This document shows, piece by piece, positions 39,851-51,552 of a DNA stretch of 64,000 nt. Below the pieces are notes generated by a model. The model was not told the origin of the DNA, made no database searches, and was given only the letters and a program-made list of their open reading frames with translations. The position numbers were made by a program, and so were the translations under genes. Source of the stretch: Eledone cirrhosa (taxonomy: Eukaryota); the NCBI GenBank assembly GCA_964016885.1, contig OZ024743.1:8680001-8744000 (forward strand). The letters run 5' to 3'. Within the stretch, counting starts at the first letter, position 1. Every line of letters begins with the position of its first letter.

Positions 39851-40140
39851 CCCTTTAGCATTTACATTACTCTATATATACTATTATATTTTCGTAGTAA
39901 AGGCTTCTTCTTCTTCTTCTTCTTCTTCTTCTTCTTCTTCTTCTTCTTCTTCTTCTTCTCCTCCTCCTCCTCCTCCTCCTCCTCCTCCTTCTTCTTCTTC
40001 TTCTTCTTCTTCTTCTTCTTCTTCTTCTTCTTCTTCTTCTTCTTCTTCACTGAGAGGGTTGTTTGGGCAGAGTCCTCAAACACTCCCTCCAGTGGGTCCT
40101 GTCAGAAGCAACCATCCCCAACTGATCTGACAGGACCCGC
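39851..40140. mobile_element. Truncated family-A MITE end, (TTC)n/(CTC)n tract and RTE 3' end (-)
   Basis: TTAA-CCCTTTAGCATTT to 39905; triplet tract 39904-40049; ctgagagggttg...gagtcctcaaacac...ggtcctgtcagaag matches 28256-28303. Confidence 0.8.
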
Positions 40141-40911
40141 TGTGCCATAATAAAAAAAAAATGGAACTTAATGTAATTTTTTAAAAATTGAAAATTACAA
40201 ACATCTAACTTTAAATACTGCTAAATGCTCACTTAAGAAATTTTAAGTTTTTATTTCTTACTTTTAGGGGTTTGACTATCTTCACTAGTATCCAATTTTA
40301 TTATCTTTGTGACATTTTGCTTCTGTTATTTATCACATATTTTGCCATCTTACAACATTCAGTTTTCTTTAAGAAACATAATATAAAGGTTTTCCTGCTG
40401 GAGAGTATTAACTGGAATTCTAGGCATAAAGCATTTCCTTTTTGGTTTTCTTTATCCAGCTGTTACAGAACCTATTCAATCGACTTATTTTCCTTTCAGA
40501 AAAATTTATCTACTAAAGTATAACTTTTGACTAACACAGAAGTTATTTTAAATGTCTCTTAGAAAAAAAAAAATGACTTTGCTTTAAAATGTTAAAGTTT
40601 TATTTTCTTCAGCACACCAGTAAATCTACTTGACACAACCCTTCTTATTTACTCAAAGTTGCAGACAGATTGTCACAAGTAATATACTGTAGTAAACTGA
40701 TTTCAAATAAATATATATATATGTGTATATATGAAAAAGAAGTTGAAAATAGAATTGGAGTCTTTACATCTTTAAGAAGGTTTATTTATAATAATTTATA
40801 ACTTTACAGATTTCACAAGTTTCATGATTTTCAAAAGTTAGGAGAGATGGAGAGATGTGTAGCTATACTGACTTGTAACTCACAAGTCGTCATAGTCACA
40901 CATCTCTCCAT

Positions 40912-41760
40912 TTCTCTTCCTAACGCCAACCACATTTACAGTGAATACTGGGTGCTTTTTGTTGTGTCACCTACATGACGATTTTACAGTGTGGGCTGGG
41001 GCTTTTTGTCGTGTCATCATCACAATCACTTTACAGTGTGGGCTGGGGGCTTTGGTGGGAAGGGTGTGTGGGGATTAGGGAGATGGGTATATGGGCATGT
41101 GTGAGGGGAGGAGTGTTAGGACGTGGGATGTGTATGGAAGGAAGATGGAGGTGAAGGTGGTGCATACCAGATGTATGCTTCAGCCTGTGCTTAAGGGAGG
41201 TGTATGGGAAGGAGATGAATACTATATGTTTGCTTCAGCCTGTTCTCATGAGAAGGCAGGTCTTCTGTATTACTGCATAATGTCAGAGATCCTGGTCCTG
41301 TGTCATCACCTTTGAGAGGTGCAATTGTGCAAGGTCAGTTTTTATTACCTCATCCCAAGTCTTCCTGTGTTTTCCTACTCCATAGCTTCCATCAACTTTG
41401 AGTGCTCTGCATCTTTTTATACAGTTGTCATCCATCATATGTATCACATGTCCATACCAATGCAATTTCCTCTCCTGTACACTGTATCTGATTCTTCTTA
41501 TGCCCAATTTCTCTCTCAGTTCATTTATGCCTTGCTGTTCACATATATCACTATTACACATCCAATGAAGCATGCAAGTTTCATTCTTTCCAATCTTCAT
41601 AAGTCCTCTGCAAACACTGCCCAGGCCTCACTACCATGCAACATTGCTGCTCATATACGCGTGTCATACAATCTGCTGTTCATTTTTAGGGAAAAGCCTT
41701 TTGTAGCTAGCAGTGATAGTAGCTCCCTAAATCTCGTCTTCATTGTGGCTACTGTACTGT
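40912..41760 (-). mobile_element. Older RTE subfamily 3' fragment (RT C-terminus plus UTR)
   Basis: ORF 41283-41600 NETCMLHWMCNSDICEQQGINELREKLGIRRIR...LHWYGHV is homologous to the young copies. Confidence 0.85.
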
Positions 41761-42879
41761 ACTGCTAAAAGCATCTCTAGCAATTTTCAGAAATTGTTGT
41801 AGGTACCTTTCACTTCTCAACAATAAGGGTAACCAGTAGAGAAAGCCTCCACATTTTCTGTATCTTTTAATCCATTTGACACTGCATACATGTGGTAGGT
41901 CTCTCCCAAAGCTAACCCTTTCCACTTCCCTAGGTAAACATACATATCAATTGTGAAAGCATTTCTGGTTGCTTCAGAACAAGGAAACTGACTCTGACAC
42001 AAATCTCTTCCATTGCCTTCAAACAATGTACCTCCAGAACTAAACTTTCTAGGTTCATTCTTGCTACATAGATATATCTCAATATTAGAAACATGCTGCA
42101 GTGTGCCCCATTTTCAAGAAGAGCAACCCCTTTAACTCTGTCATTCTATCACACTCACTTCCAACATCTTAAAAGTGACAGAGACAGCCAATAACAACAA
42201 CCCTCTCCACTACCTTGAATTCATCTCCCTCCTTGACCATTAATATGGCTTTTGTTCCCAGTTCACTGGAGAGCTACTCTCTTATGTTACTACCCAGAAA
42301 TCCCTTGTTCCCACACATCAGAAGTTTAATGAAAAGCATGTTGTTACACATGACATCAGCAAAGCATTCAATGATGTTTGGCACATGAATCTCTCAGAAA
42401 AACTGTCTTGCTATGTCTGTTGGACTGGTGCCTTTCTGTCAGATCACATCATCATTGCATGTACTAATGCAGCTCTCTTTGATCTACACTCTGTACATCA
42501 ATAAATTTCTTGCTGTCACCTTCAACAATGTCCACTGATGATACAGCCCTTCTCTCCTCCCCTAAACTTCAGCATACAGGTTTTATCCACATTCAATTAA
42601 GACACTTCACACTAAACCTACTCTATGAACAGTGACCTAAAAAACACTCAATATTGGGACATGCCAATTTTGTCTCCCCCAACAGCACAAGAACACAATT
42701 ACTACATATATCAAGAAAACAATATTGTATCCTGTCTCTCATAAACATGAACTATATGCAACTAGAACTCTCAAGCTCACTACAAATGATAGGCTTCATA
42801 CTAATGACTACATCATAACGACTAACCTTCCCCTTCAACGCCAGAACATATTTCAGTTCCTAATAGCTACTAAAGACGT

Positions 42880-43015
42880 TGAATTGGCAGAATTGTTAGA
42901 ACATCAGATAGAATGCTTTGCAGATTTGTTCTCTGAGTTCAAATTTTGCTGAGGTCGATTTTGCCTTTCACCCATTCAAGATCAATAAAAAAAAAGTACC
43001 AGTCTAGTACTGAGG
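42880..43015 (+). mobile_element. Meta-domain SINE (older)
   Basis: gaattggcagaattgttaga...ctgagttcaaatt...gcctttcacccattcaagatcaataaa...gtaccag. Confidence 0.7.
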
Positions 43016-43019
43016 GCCA

Positions 43020-43268
43020 TCCTTCCTTTATATCTCCTTCCCCCTTCCATGCTCTCACTCTCTGCCCTGTACTGGGGGCCATCCTTCCTTTATATCTCTT
43101 TCCCCCTTCCATGCTCTCACTCTCTGCCCTTCTCAGGAAGAAATCCACTATATTCAGACCTGGGGAGAAAGTGGGCTCTGCCAGGTTTTTAAAAATGCCC
43201 TAGAAACATTGTATTTCAATACAGCACCCCTACAACTCCGTTAGACGTTATAGGTCCATACATACAAT
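43020..43268 (+). mobile_element. Retroposon 3' end with (CATA)n tail and a tandem pyrimidine-rich leader
   Basis: Homologous to 17480-17620; ~60-bp unit duplicated at 43019-43130. Confidence 0.6.
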
Positions 43269-44800
43269 AGCTACTAAAACTCCAGAAGCTTAGCTGAGAC
43301 CTCCATTGAGTATTGCTCCCATGTCTGGGATGGTACTATAGAGATACACTAAACCTCATTTATAAAAGTCCACTGAATTGATTGGCATGAAGTCATTTGT
43401 TAATACAATGCAACCTCTGAGTTCTATATATACTATTTCTATCATAGTATCATACCACCTTCACTCAAGCACTCCCATCAAACTTGGCTCTTCTCCTACC
43501 ACCACCACCACCACTATAGCTCCAAACTAACCACTATGCTAGTCAGTCATCCCTAGAATGTTAGCTGATTGAAACTCCCTTCCTACCCATATTTTTCTGA
43601 CAGAAATATGATGTGCTCTCTACAGTGAGGTCAGGAAGCCTAAAACCAGTAGGTTAGGAAATTTGCTGAAAGTATTTTGGTGTTATAAATCCCAAATTAT
43701 AATATTATTCTATAGCAAATATAAATGTTTTAAGGCTATAAACATTAACATTTGTTTGTTAATCAAACCATATCATGTCACAAATATTTTTATATGATAC
43801 TACTGTTAGTTTTGTTTTAGCCATGTTAACCTTTAGACCTTTTGACTTCATAAAATAATGTTTGTGTATATGTATGTCTGTGTGTGCATATATGTAACAT
43901 GTAGTGTGTGCATGCATGTATATATGCATGTGGTTTAAAGAGATATTTTCCCCCTTTTTTTTGCTTCAAATTTTTATCTGATCTTTATGACACATTACCA
44001 GCATTAACCCAAATAATATAATCAGGAAGTCAAATTCCACTCATCTTCACCATTTACAACACACAATGTAATTGATTCTATTATCTAAACTTACAAATCA
44101 GTGATCAAGTTAACGATTACTATTAATCTGTAGAGAGAAAAAGGTAGACAGTATATTCCACTGTTTACATTTTAGAGATTAAACAAGAGAAGAAATAATT
44201 AATAATTTCAGATATAGTCCTACCTATTCCTGTCATTAAAAACATCTGCTTCACATATGCCCTAATAGATATAATTCTACTCTTTGTGGTTGAGACCACT
44301 TTAGCAGGTTAGACCCTATTAACATTCTTTTATAACTTGCTAAGTTGCCTAGAAACAACTTCCTGTTTTCTCCTTGCATCTACTCACTATGGCTATTGAA
44401 TATATTTAATCAGCCAGAAGCAGCATATTGGTCTTAGCCTTTCACTATCCTTATAATCACTTCTCACTGTACTATGGAATGTTGATGGTTATTCCATTTT
44501 CCACCCCAAATAGATTTTGATTAATGAAAAAGTAAAATGAACTTGAAATGAATTCATAAATCTCATTTATTTATAGTGTTATACAGCTGCTGCTGCCACT
44601 GCTACTGATGTTGATTTTCCCTTCTGTTAAGAGAAACATTTATATGTTAGAGTGAGTGTATATTATATATAAACATGTATATATGCCTTGCTTGTGCTGC
44701 TGCTGCTGTTGGAGAGGAGTTGATGACTATGGCAGCAATGATAACAATGACAACAACAATACCGAGGATGATGATGACTATGGATATATATATATGGATA

Positions 44801-44835
<35 letters not shown>

Positions 44836-44842
44836 GATATAT

Positions 44843-47120
44843 ATCATCATCATCATCATCATCACCCTTTAACGTCCGTGTTCCACGCTTGCATGGGTTT
44901 GGACGGGGGTAGTCCCACTTGAGGCAAGAGTGATTGTCTTGCTCGCATAGGACTGTCTGGCAGGTTTTCTACAGTTGGATGCCCTTCCTAACACCAACCA
45001 CATTTACAGTGTGGGTCTGGGAGGTTTTTACCGTGTTGCCTACACGGCCACATTACAGCGTGGACTGTGTGTTTTTTTCGTGACACCTACACGATCTCAT
45101 TTGTTTCGGCCTGGATGGCGCGGCACCAACATAACTTTACATAGAACGGGGTGGCGTGGATGGGTTGGGGGTGGTGGGACGGGAGGGGGGGGGGGGAGGT
45201 ATTTTGTTAGATGCCTACTGGCTGTAGTAGGTTTTACTATGTATTTAGGTAAGGCAGGTCTTCTCTGTTACTGAGTACCGCCAAAGGTCTCGGTCCAGTG
45301 ACATTGTCTTGGAGAGGTGTAAGTGTGTGAGGTCGGAGTTTATCAGCTCGTCCCAGGTTTTTCTAGGTCTGCCTATTCCGTGGCTACCGTCTATCTTTAT
45401 TGCCCTGCACTTTGTTATACAGCTATCGACTTTCATGCGCATCACGTGTCCATACCAACGTAGCCTTCTCTCGAGTAAACAACATCTGATCCCTCTTATT
45501 TCTAATTTTTTCCTTAGTTCGTTTATGCTTTGCCTTTCACGTATATTACTGTTACACATCCAGCGGAGCATGCAAGCTTCGTTCCTCTCTAGTCTGCGTA
45601 TATCCTCTGCACACAATGCCCAGGTCTCACTGCCATGCAACATTGCTGTTCGTATGCAGGCATCGTACAACCTGCCTTTCATTTTTAGGGAGAACCCTTT
45701 AGCAGCTAATAGTGGTATAAGCTCTCTGAACTTTTTCCAACCAGTTCTGACTCTAGCTACTGTACTTTCAGAGCACCCTCCCCCACCGCTGATTTTGTCA
45801 CCCAGGTAACGGAAGCTGTCCACTATTTCTATAGAACCCTCTGCGCAATTGAAAGAGCTAGTATTTTGTGGGCACTTGCTGCTACTTATTGCACCAGAGC
45901 ACCGGCCACATGTAAAATCTATGTTCTTAGTTAGCTTACCTGTGATCCCACTACATCTTTTATGCACCCATACTTTGCATTTAGGACATAAAATGGAGTT
46001 TCTACCTATGCCTTTCCTACACACCGAGCACGACCATTTCCCAGAAGGGACCGCCGCCTTATTTTCTTTCCTACAAACTAGAACTTTAGTCTTAGCCAGG
46101 TTAATTTTAAGGCCTTTTGATTCTAGGCCGTGCTTCCATGTTTGGAATTTCTTCTCTAGCTCAGCCATTGATTCCGCTATGAGTGTCAGGTCGTCTGCGT
46201 ATAGGAGTTCCCATGGGCAGCCGGTCTTGAACTCCTCTGTTATAGCCTGAAGGGCAATAATAAATAGTAGGGGGCTGAGAACAGAGCCCTGATGGACGCC
46301 AACTTTTACGCTAAACTCTTCACTATATTCGTTGTTAATTCTAACCTTGCTGACTGTTTCTTTATACATGGCTTGTATAGCTCTCACAAGCCATTCGTCA
46401 ACGCCTAGTTTTCTAAGAGCCCACCAGATAATGGAGCGGGGGACTCTGTCGAAGGCTTTCTCCAAGTCGACAAAAGCTAAGTAGAGGGGTTTACCTTTAG
46501 CTAGGTACTTCTCCTGTAGTTGTCGTACAATGAAAAGAGCGTCTGTGGTACTTTTGCTTGACACAAACCCGAACTGCATTTCATCTAGGTCAATTCTCTC
46601 TCTGATAAGTTGTGCTATTACTTTTTCCGTGACCTTCATGACCTGGTCGATTAATTTAATGCCTCTATAGTTACTCCTATCTAGGGCGTCTCCTTTACCC
46701 TTATAACAGTTAACGATGATGCTGCTATGCCAGTCCTTCGGAACAACCCCATTCTGTACGACTTGGTTAACTATGCGGGTGACCATGGTGTGTCCCACCG
46801 TGCCAGATGCCTTCAGCATCTCAGCAACTATTTCCGAAGGCCCAGCCGCCTTACCCGTCTTCATATCCTTGATTGCCTTACTTATTATACTCCCCTCGAC
46901 TAACACTGCTGGTCCCTCTATTGGGTAGATATGGGGGAGACTGTCTTTCTCCCATTTATTCTCCTCATTTAGTAGCCTTTCATAGTGACACTTCCAAGCT
47001 ACCTTCTTATCAGCGTCGGTGATGGCAAGTGTGCCATCATCGTTTAGTACACACTTCTCCCCGACAATATCACGGTTTTCCTTGACGCATTGCCTAGCAA
47101 TCCTGAACACCTCACGTTTT
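44843..47120 (-). mobile_element. Young 5'-truncated RTE LINE, copy A
   Basis: Intact RT ORF, ~400-bp 3' UTR and (GAT)n tail; flanked by (TA)n on both sides. Confidence 0.95.
45245..47110 (-). CDS. RTE ORF2 fragment: reverse transcriptase with internal PHD finger (endonuclease lost by truncation)
   Basis: NYRGIKL, QFGF, AFVDLEKAFDRV, GVHQGSVLSPLLF, YADD, FRYLG and RRLRWYGHV motifs; C4HC3 between KTK and FRYLG. Confidence 0.95.
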   Translation of the reverse strand: MFRIARQCVKENRDIVGEKCVLNDDGTLAITDADKKVAWKCHYERLLNEENKWEKDSLPHIYPIEGPAVLVEGSIISKAIKDMKTGKAAGPSEIVAEMLKASGTVGHTMVTRIVNQVVQNGVVPKDWHSSIIVNCYKGKGDALDRSNYRGIKLIDQVMKVTEKVIAQLIRERIDLDEMQFGFVSSKSTTDALFIVRQLQEKYLAKGKPLYLAFVDLEKAFDRVPRSIIWWALRKLGVDEWLVRAIQAMYKETVSKVRINNEYSEEFSVKVGVHQGSVLSPLLFIIALQAITEEFKTGCPWELLYADDLTLIAESMAELEKKFQTWKHGLESKGLKINLAKTKVLVCRKENKAAVPSGKWSCSVCRKGIGRNSILCPKCKVWVHKRCSGITGKLTKNIDFTCGRCSGAISSSKCPQNTSSFNCAEGSIEIVDSFRYLGDKISGGGGCSESTVARVRTGWKKFRELIPLLAAKGFSLKMKGRLYDACIRTAMLHGSETWALCAEDIRRLERNEACMLRWMCNSNIRERQSINELRKKLEIRGIRCCLLERRLRWYGHVMRMKVDSCITKCRAIKIDGSHGIGRPRKTWDELINSDLTHLHLSKTMSLDRDLWRYSVTEKTCLT

Positions 47121-47851
47121 TGGATATATGGATATATATATATATATATATATGGATATATATATATATATATATATATATGATTACTGCCACTTCTCTA
47201 CAGAAGTGGCCACCTCTTCAACGAATCCCTGCTATTATGACCCACTGCAGGCTGCTGGCCAGTTTGATGGCTGAACAGGCTTTGTTTAGGTCACCTTTTC
47301 TAGACCCTTTCCATGTGGTGCAGGTGAGCAGTGTATCCTCAAAAAGGGCTGCTAAGACACTCAAGAATTTGGTGAAACATGTTGCTGTTCAGGTTAACAG
47401 TGCAGCGACGATAGGATAAGACTCATGTCACCCAAGTGTAGATTTGCGACTATGTGCTTCTAACTTGTCGAGTCTGCACACATTGCCTCTCCTCCACCAC
47501 CATGCGACTTGTGAAGAAATATCTGCACATAAAGATAGCAATGCTATGTGCTTGTGCTGCACACATAGCACTCACTCCATCCTTGCAGCTGTGTGGCCAA
47601 TGACAAGCCAAGGCAAGATAACAGAACAGTTATGTGGATGATCCCATATGTCATGGAGTTTAACCTCTCCAGGGTGTGTGGCCATACTCACCATACCTGG
47701 CCAATTGTAGGTTGGTGAGACTATTTAACTCATAGTTGGGGTGGATGGTCTTTGATTCTGTGGAGCTCATCTGTCATTTAACAGCCATTGTTTTTGTGCT
47801 GCTAGGTTTCCACTTATCCTCCTCACTAGACCAGGGTCACCAACTACCCGA

Positions 47852-47898
<47 letters not shown>

Positions 47899-48297
47899 TA
47901 TATATATATAATCCTTATCAAGCCCTCTTCAGATTTTAGTCTTCATAATTATTATTACTATATATATATATTAATATTTTTGTTGTATTTTCATTGTTTT
48001 GGCGGCTTATGTGACTATATCCCCCTAGCCGCAGTTTTCAATTTGTCACGCTATCTAACGTATGTTACTTACTCTAAGGTGTAGCCTATCAATTTATCGA
48101 TACATTGTTATTGAGTGCTTCGTGCAAACCTGAATTGTTACTTCGTGGGTTTAACCACCTGCAATAACTACGATTTTATTAACCATCCATTTGTATATAT
48201 ATATATTTGCTTTATATATATATATACTTTATATATATATATATACTTTATATATATATATATACTTTATATATATATATATACTTTATATATATAA

Positions 48298-48545
48298 TAT
48301 TTTTTTGTGGAGCAAGAGACTCCTAGTCTTTATTAAGACATCTCTGTTGGAGCAGGTCACTCTGGTATAAAACCTGTGACTTAGTTTGCATCCATTGTTG
48401 TAGACCAGTTCTACTTTTGGGGCAAATGCATTTGATGTTCAGAGAGTGAGATTGGCCCCATGGAAAGCATTTCCTCACTTAAAAAAGCTTCAAGCACAGG
48501 CACTCTACATCTCTCCATGTATTGAGTACTCACATGATTAACGGT
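48298..48545 (-). repeat. Interspersed repeat of unknown class
   Basis: Inverted homolog of 61003-61215. Confidence 0.7.
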
Positions 48546-48574
48546 CTCCTTGGTCTTGGCACCACAGGCTCTAT

Positions 48575-48651
<77 letters not shown>

Positions 48652-48690
48652 TACACACACACACATATATATATATATATAAATATATAT

Positions 48691-49432
48691 ATATTTATTA
48701 AAATAACAGATTAAAGTTTAAGCAAAGAATCGCTGCTTTCACCCTTAACGGGATCTTCTGAAACTAACAAAGTCAATCTGTAAACGCAGAACTGGATATT
48801 TCAAAAAACGTTGCAACCGGAGGAAGACAGGAAGACGATACTTTGGTTCGTGGAGACGTTCGCTGGCTAAGAACGGGAAAAAACGAATAAATTGTATTTA
48901 TTTACTTTGTTCTTAACTCTGTAGCGGAGATTCATTTGGTCTCCTAGTTAGAATTTTAGTCTACGATTTCTGCTATACCATTTACGTGGTTTTGTCTTTG
49001 CGTGCTATTGTTCTCCACGCTCCACATATGACTTATTATCTTCGTTTTTTCGTTCATTGCCAGAGAACGTCTCTATGCACCACTTAAGAGAACATTAGTC
49101 TACGACCTCTTTTATACCATAAACGTGGTTTTGTCTTTGCGCGTAATTGTTTTTCACCGCTCCTATTAATGACGTATTATTCGTTTTTTCCCGTTCTTTG
49201 CCAGCGAACGTTACCACGAACCAAAGTATCGTCTTCCTGTCTTCCTCCGGTTGCAACGTTTTTTGAAATATCCAGTTCTGCGTTTACAGATTGACTTTGT
49301 TAGTTTCAGAAGATCCCGTTAAGGGTGAAAGCAGCGATTCTTTGCTTAAACTTTAATCTGTTATTTTAATAAATATTTGCTCTACGGTTCTTATATATTT
49401 GATATATATTTTCCTTATCGAGCTCTCTTTGG
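48691..49432. repeat. Fold-back structure with 200-bp inverted arms, related to the interior of the 7.2-8.2 kb Helitron
   Basis: 48691-48890 is the near-perfect reverse complement of 49177-49376; the arm sequence also occurs at ~7553-7726 and 7946-8042. Confidence 0.9.
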
Positions 49433-49464
49433 ATTTTAGTCTTCAATTTTATTATTATTACTAA

Positions 49465-49510
<46 letters not shown>

Positions 49511-49536
49511 ATATATATATATATACATATACATGT

Positions 49537-49626
<90 letters not shown>

Positions 49627-49679
49627 ATATATATATATATACATATACATGCACACACACACACACATATATATATATA

Positions 49680-49929
49680 TAAAATACAATATGTTGAAAA
49701 GGTAACACACTAAAGAGAGATAGTGTGCCATCAATAAAACAGGGAAAATCACCAGTTATAACTATATAGTTAGAGAGGTGTGTATATACATTTATTTTAT
49801 ATTTTTAATTATTGTGTGTCTACCCTGCCTTCCATAGATATAGACTCCATACACTGGTGGTTTTCCCTGTTTTATTGATGGCACACTATCTCTCTTTAGT
49901 GTGTTACCTTTTCAACATATTGTATTTTA
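49680..49929. mobile_element. MITE-like element with ~77-bp inverted repeats
   Basis: 49680-49756 is the reverse complement of 49853-49929. Confidence 0.8.
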
Positions 49930-50058
49930 AAGAGCTCAGGATTCCTTTTCCTTTGAGCACATTATTGACAGGGAATAGCGAGAGTCTATGGCTCCATTAA
50001 TTTATCGTGATATATATATATATACATACATACATGCATACATATATATATATATATA

Positions 50059-51546
50059 AGAATTAACAACGAATATAGTGAAGAATTTAGCGTAAAAGTC
50101 GGTGATTCATCAGGGCTCTGTCCTTAGCCCCCTCCTATTTATTATTGCCCTTCAGGCTATAACAGAGGAGTTCAAGACCGGCTGCCCATGGGAACTTCTA
50201 TACGCAGATGATCTAACGCTCATAGCTGAATCAATGGCTGAACTAGAGAAGAAATTCCAAACTTGGAAGCAAGGCCTAGAATCAAAAGGCTTTAAAATTA
50301 ACTTGTCTAAGACTAAAGTTCTAGTATATAGGAAGGAAAATAGGGCACTGGTCCCCTCTGGAAAATGGCCATGCTCAGTGTGTAGGAAAGGAATAGGCAG
50401 AAACTCCATTTTATGTATCAAATGCAAAGTATGGGTGCATAAAAGATGTAGTGGGATCACAGGTAAACTAACTAAGAACATAGATTTTAATGTGGCCGGT
50501 GCTCTGGTGCAATAAGTAGCAGCAAGTGCCCACACGATACTAGTTCGTTCCATTGCCCAGATGGTTCTATAGAAATAGTGGACACCTTCCGTTACCTGGG
50601 TGACAAAATCAGCAGTGGGGGAGGGTGCTCTGAAATTACAGTAGCCAGAGTCAGAACGGGATGGAAAAAGGTCAGAGAGCTTATACCACTATTGGCCACT
50701 AAAGGTTTCTCCCTCAAAATGAAAAGCAGGCTGTATGATGCCTGCATACAAACAGCAATGTTACATGGCAGTGAGATATGGGCATTGTGTGCAGAGGATC
50801 TGCGCAGACTGGAGAGGAACGAAACTTGCATGCTCCGTTGGATGTGTAATAGTAATATACGTGAACGTCAAAGCATAAATGAACTAAGTGAGAAATTAGG
50901 AATAAGAGGGATCAGATGCTGTTTACTCGAGAGAAGACTACGTTGGTATTGTCACGTGATGCACATGAAAGACGACAGCTGTATAAAAAAATGCAGGGCG
51001 ATCAAAATAGATGGTAGTTACGGAGTAAGTAGACCCAGAAAAACCTGGGACGATTTGATAAATTCCGACCTTACACACTTACACCTCTCCAAGACAATGT
51101 CAGTGGACCGAGATCTTTGGCGCTACGCCGTAATACAGAAGACCCGCCTTGCCTAAGTACAAAGCGAAACCTACAGTCAGTAGGCACCTCCTAACCAAAA
51201 ATACACCCCATCCCACTACCCCTACCCCCATCAACACCACCCCTTTCTCTGTAAAGTTATGTTGGTACCACAACATCCAGTCCTAAATAAATGAGGTCGT
51301 GTTGGTGTCACAACAAAAAAACACACAGTCCACGCTGTAATGTGGTCGTGTAGGTAACATGGTAAAAACCTCCCAGTCCACACTGTTAACGTGGTTGGTG
51401 TTAGGAAGGGCATCCAGCCATAGAAAACCTGCCAGACAGTCCTATGCGAGCAAGACAACCAAACCTGCCTCACGTGGGACAATTCCCATCTAAACCCATG
51501 CTAGAGTGGAAGATAGACATTAAACGATGATGATGATGATGATGAT
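50059..51546 (+). mobile_element. 5'-truncated RTE LINE, copy B (frameshifted)
   Basis: ORF pieces 50102-50515 and 50578-51156 homologous to copy A; 3' UTR and (GAT)n tail. Confidence 0.95.
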
Positions 51547-51552
51547 ATATAT

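Larger units (their letters stand above)
41770..43620 (+). mobile_element. Degenerate CR1/L2-group LINE with nested insertions
   Basis: SITLTSNILKVTE...YGFCS...HDISKAFNDVWH...EYCSHVW. Confidence 0.75.

Noticed and set aside
39862-40083. Poly-K/E ORF
   Set aside because: Translation of a triplet microsatellite
45309-46928. Antisense ORFs over the RT (also in copies B, C and D)
   Set aside because: Shadow frames of the RT ORF; recurrence reflects copy identity
49366-49752. YI/CV/TH-repeat ORFs (also 33536-33861, 44647-44922, 57726-58275 and 61329-61706)
   Set aside because: Dinucleotide and tetranucleotide repeats that lack stop codons
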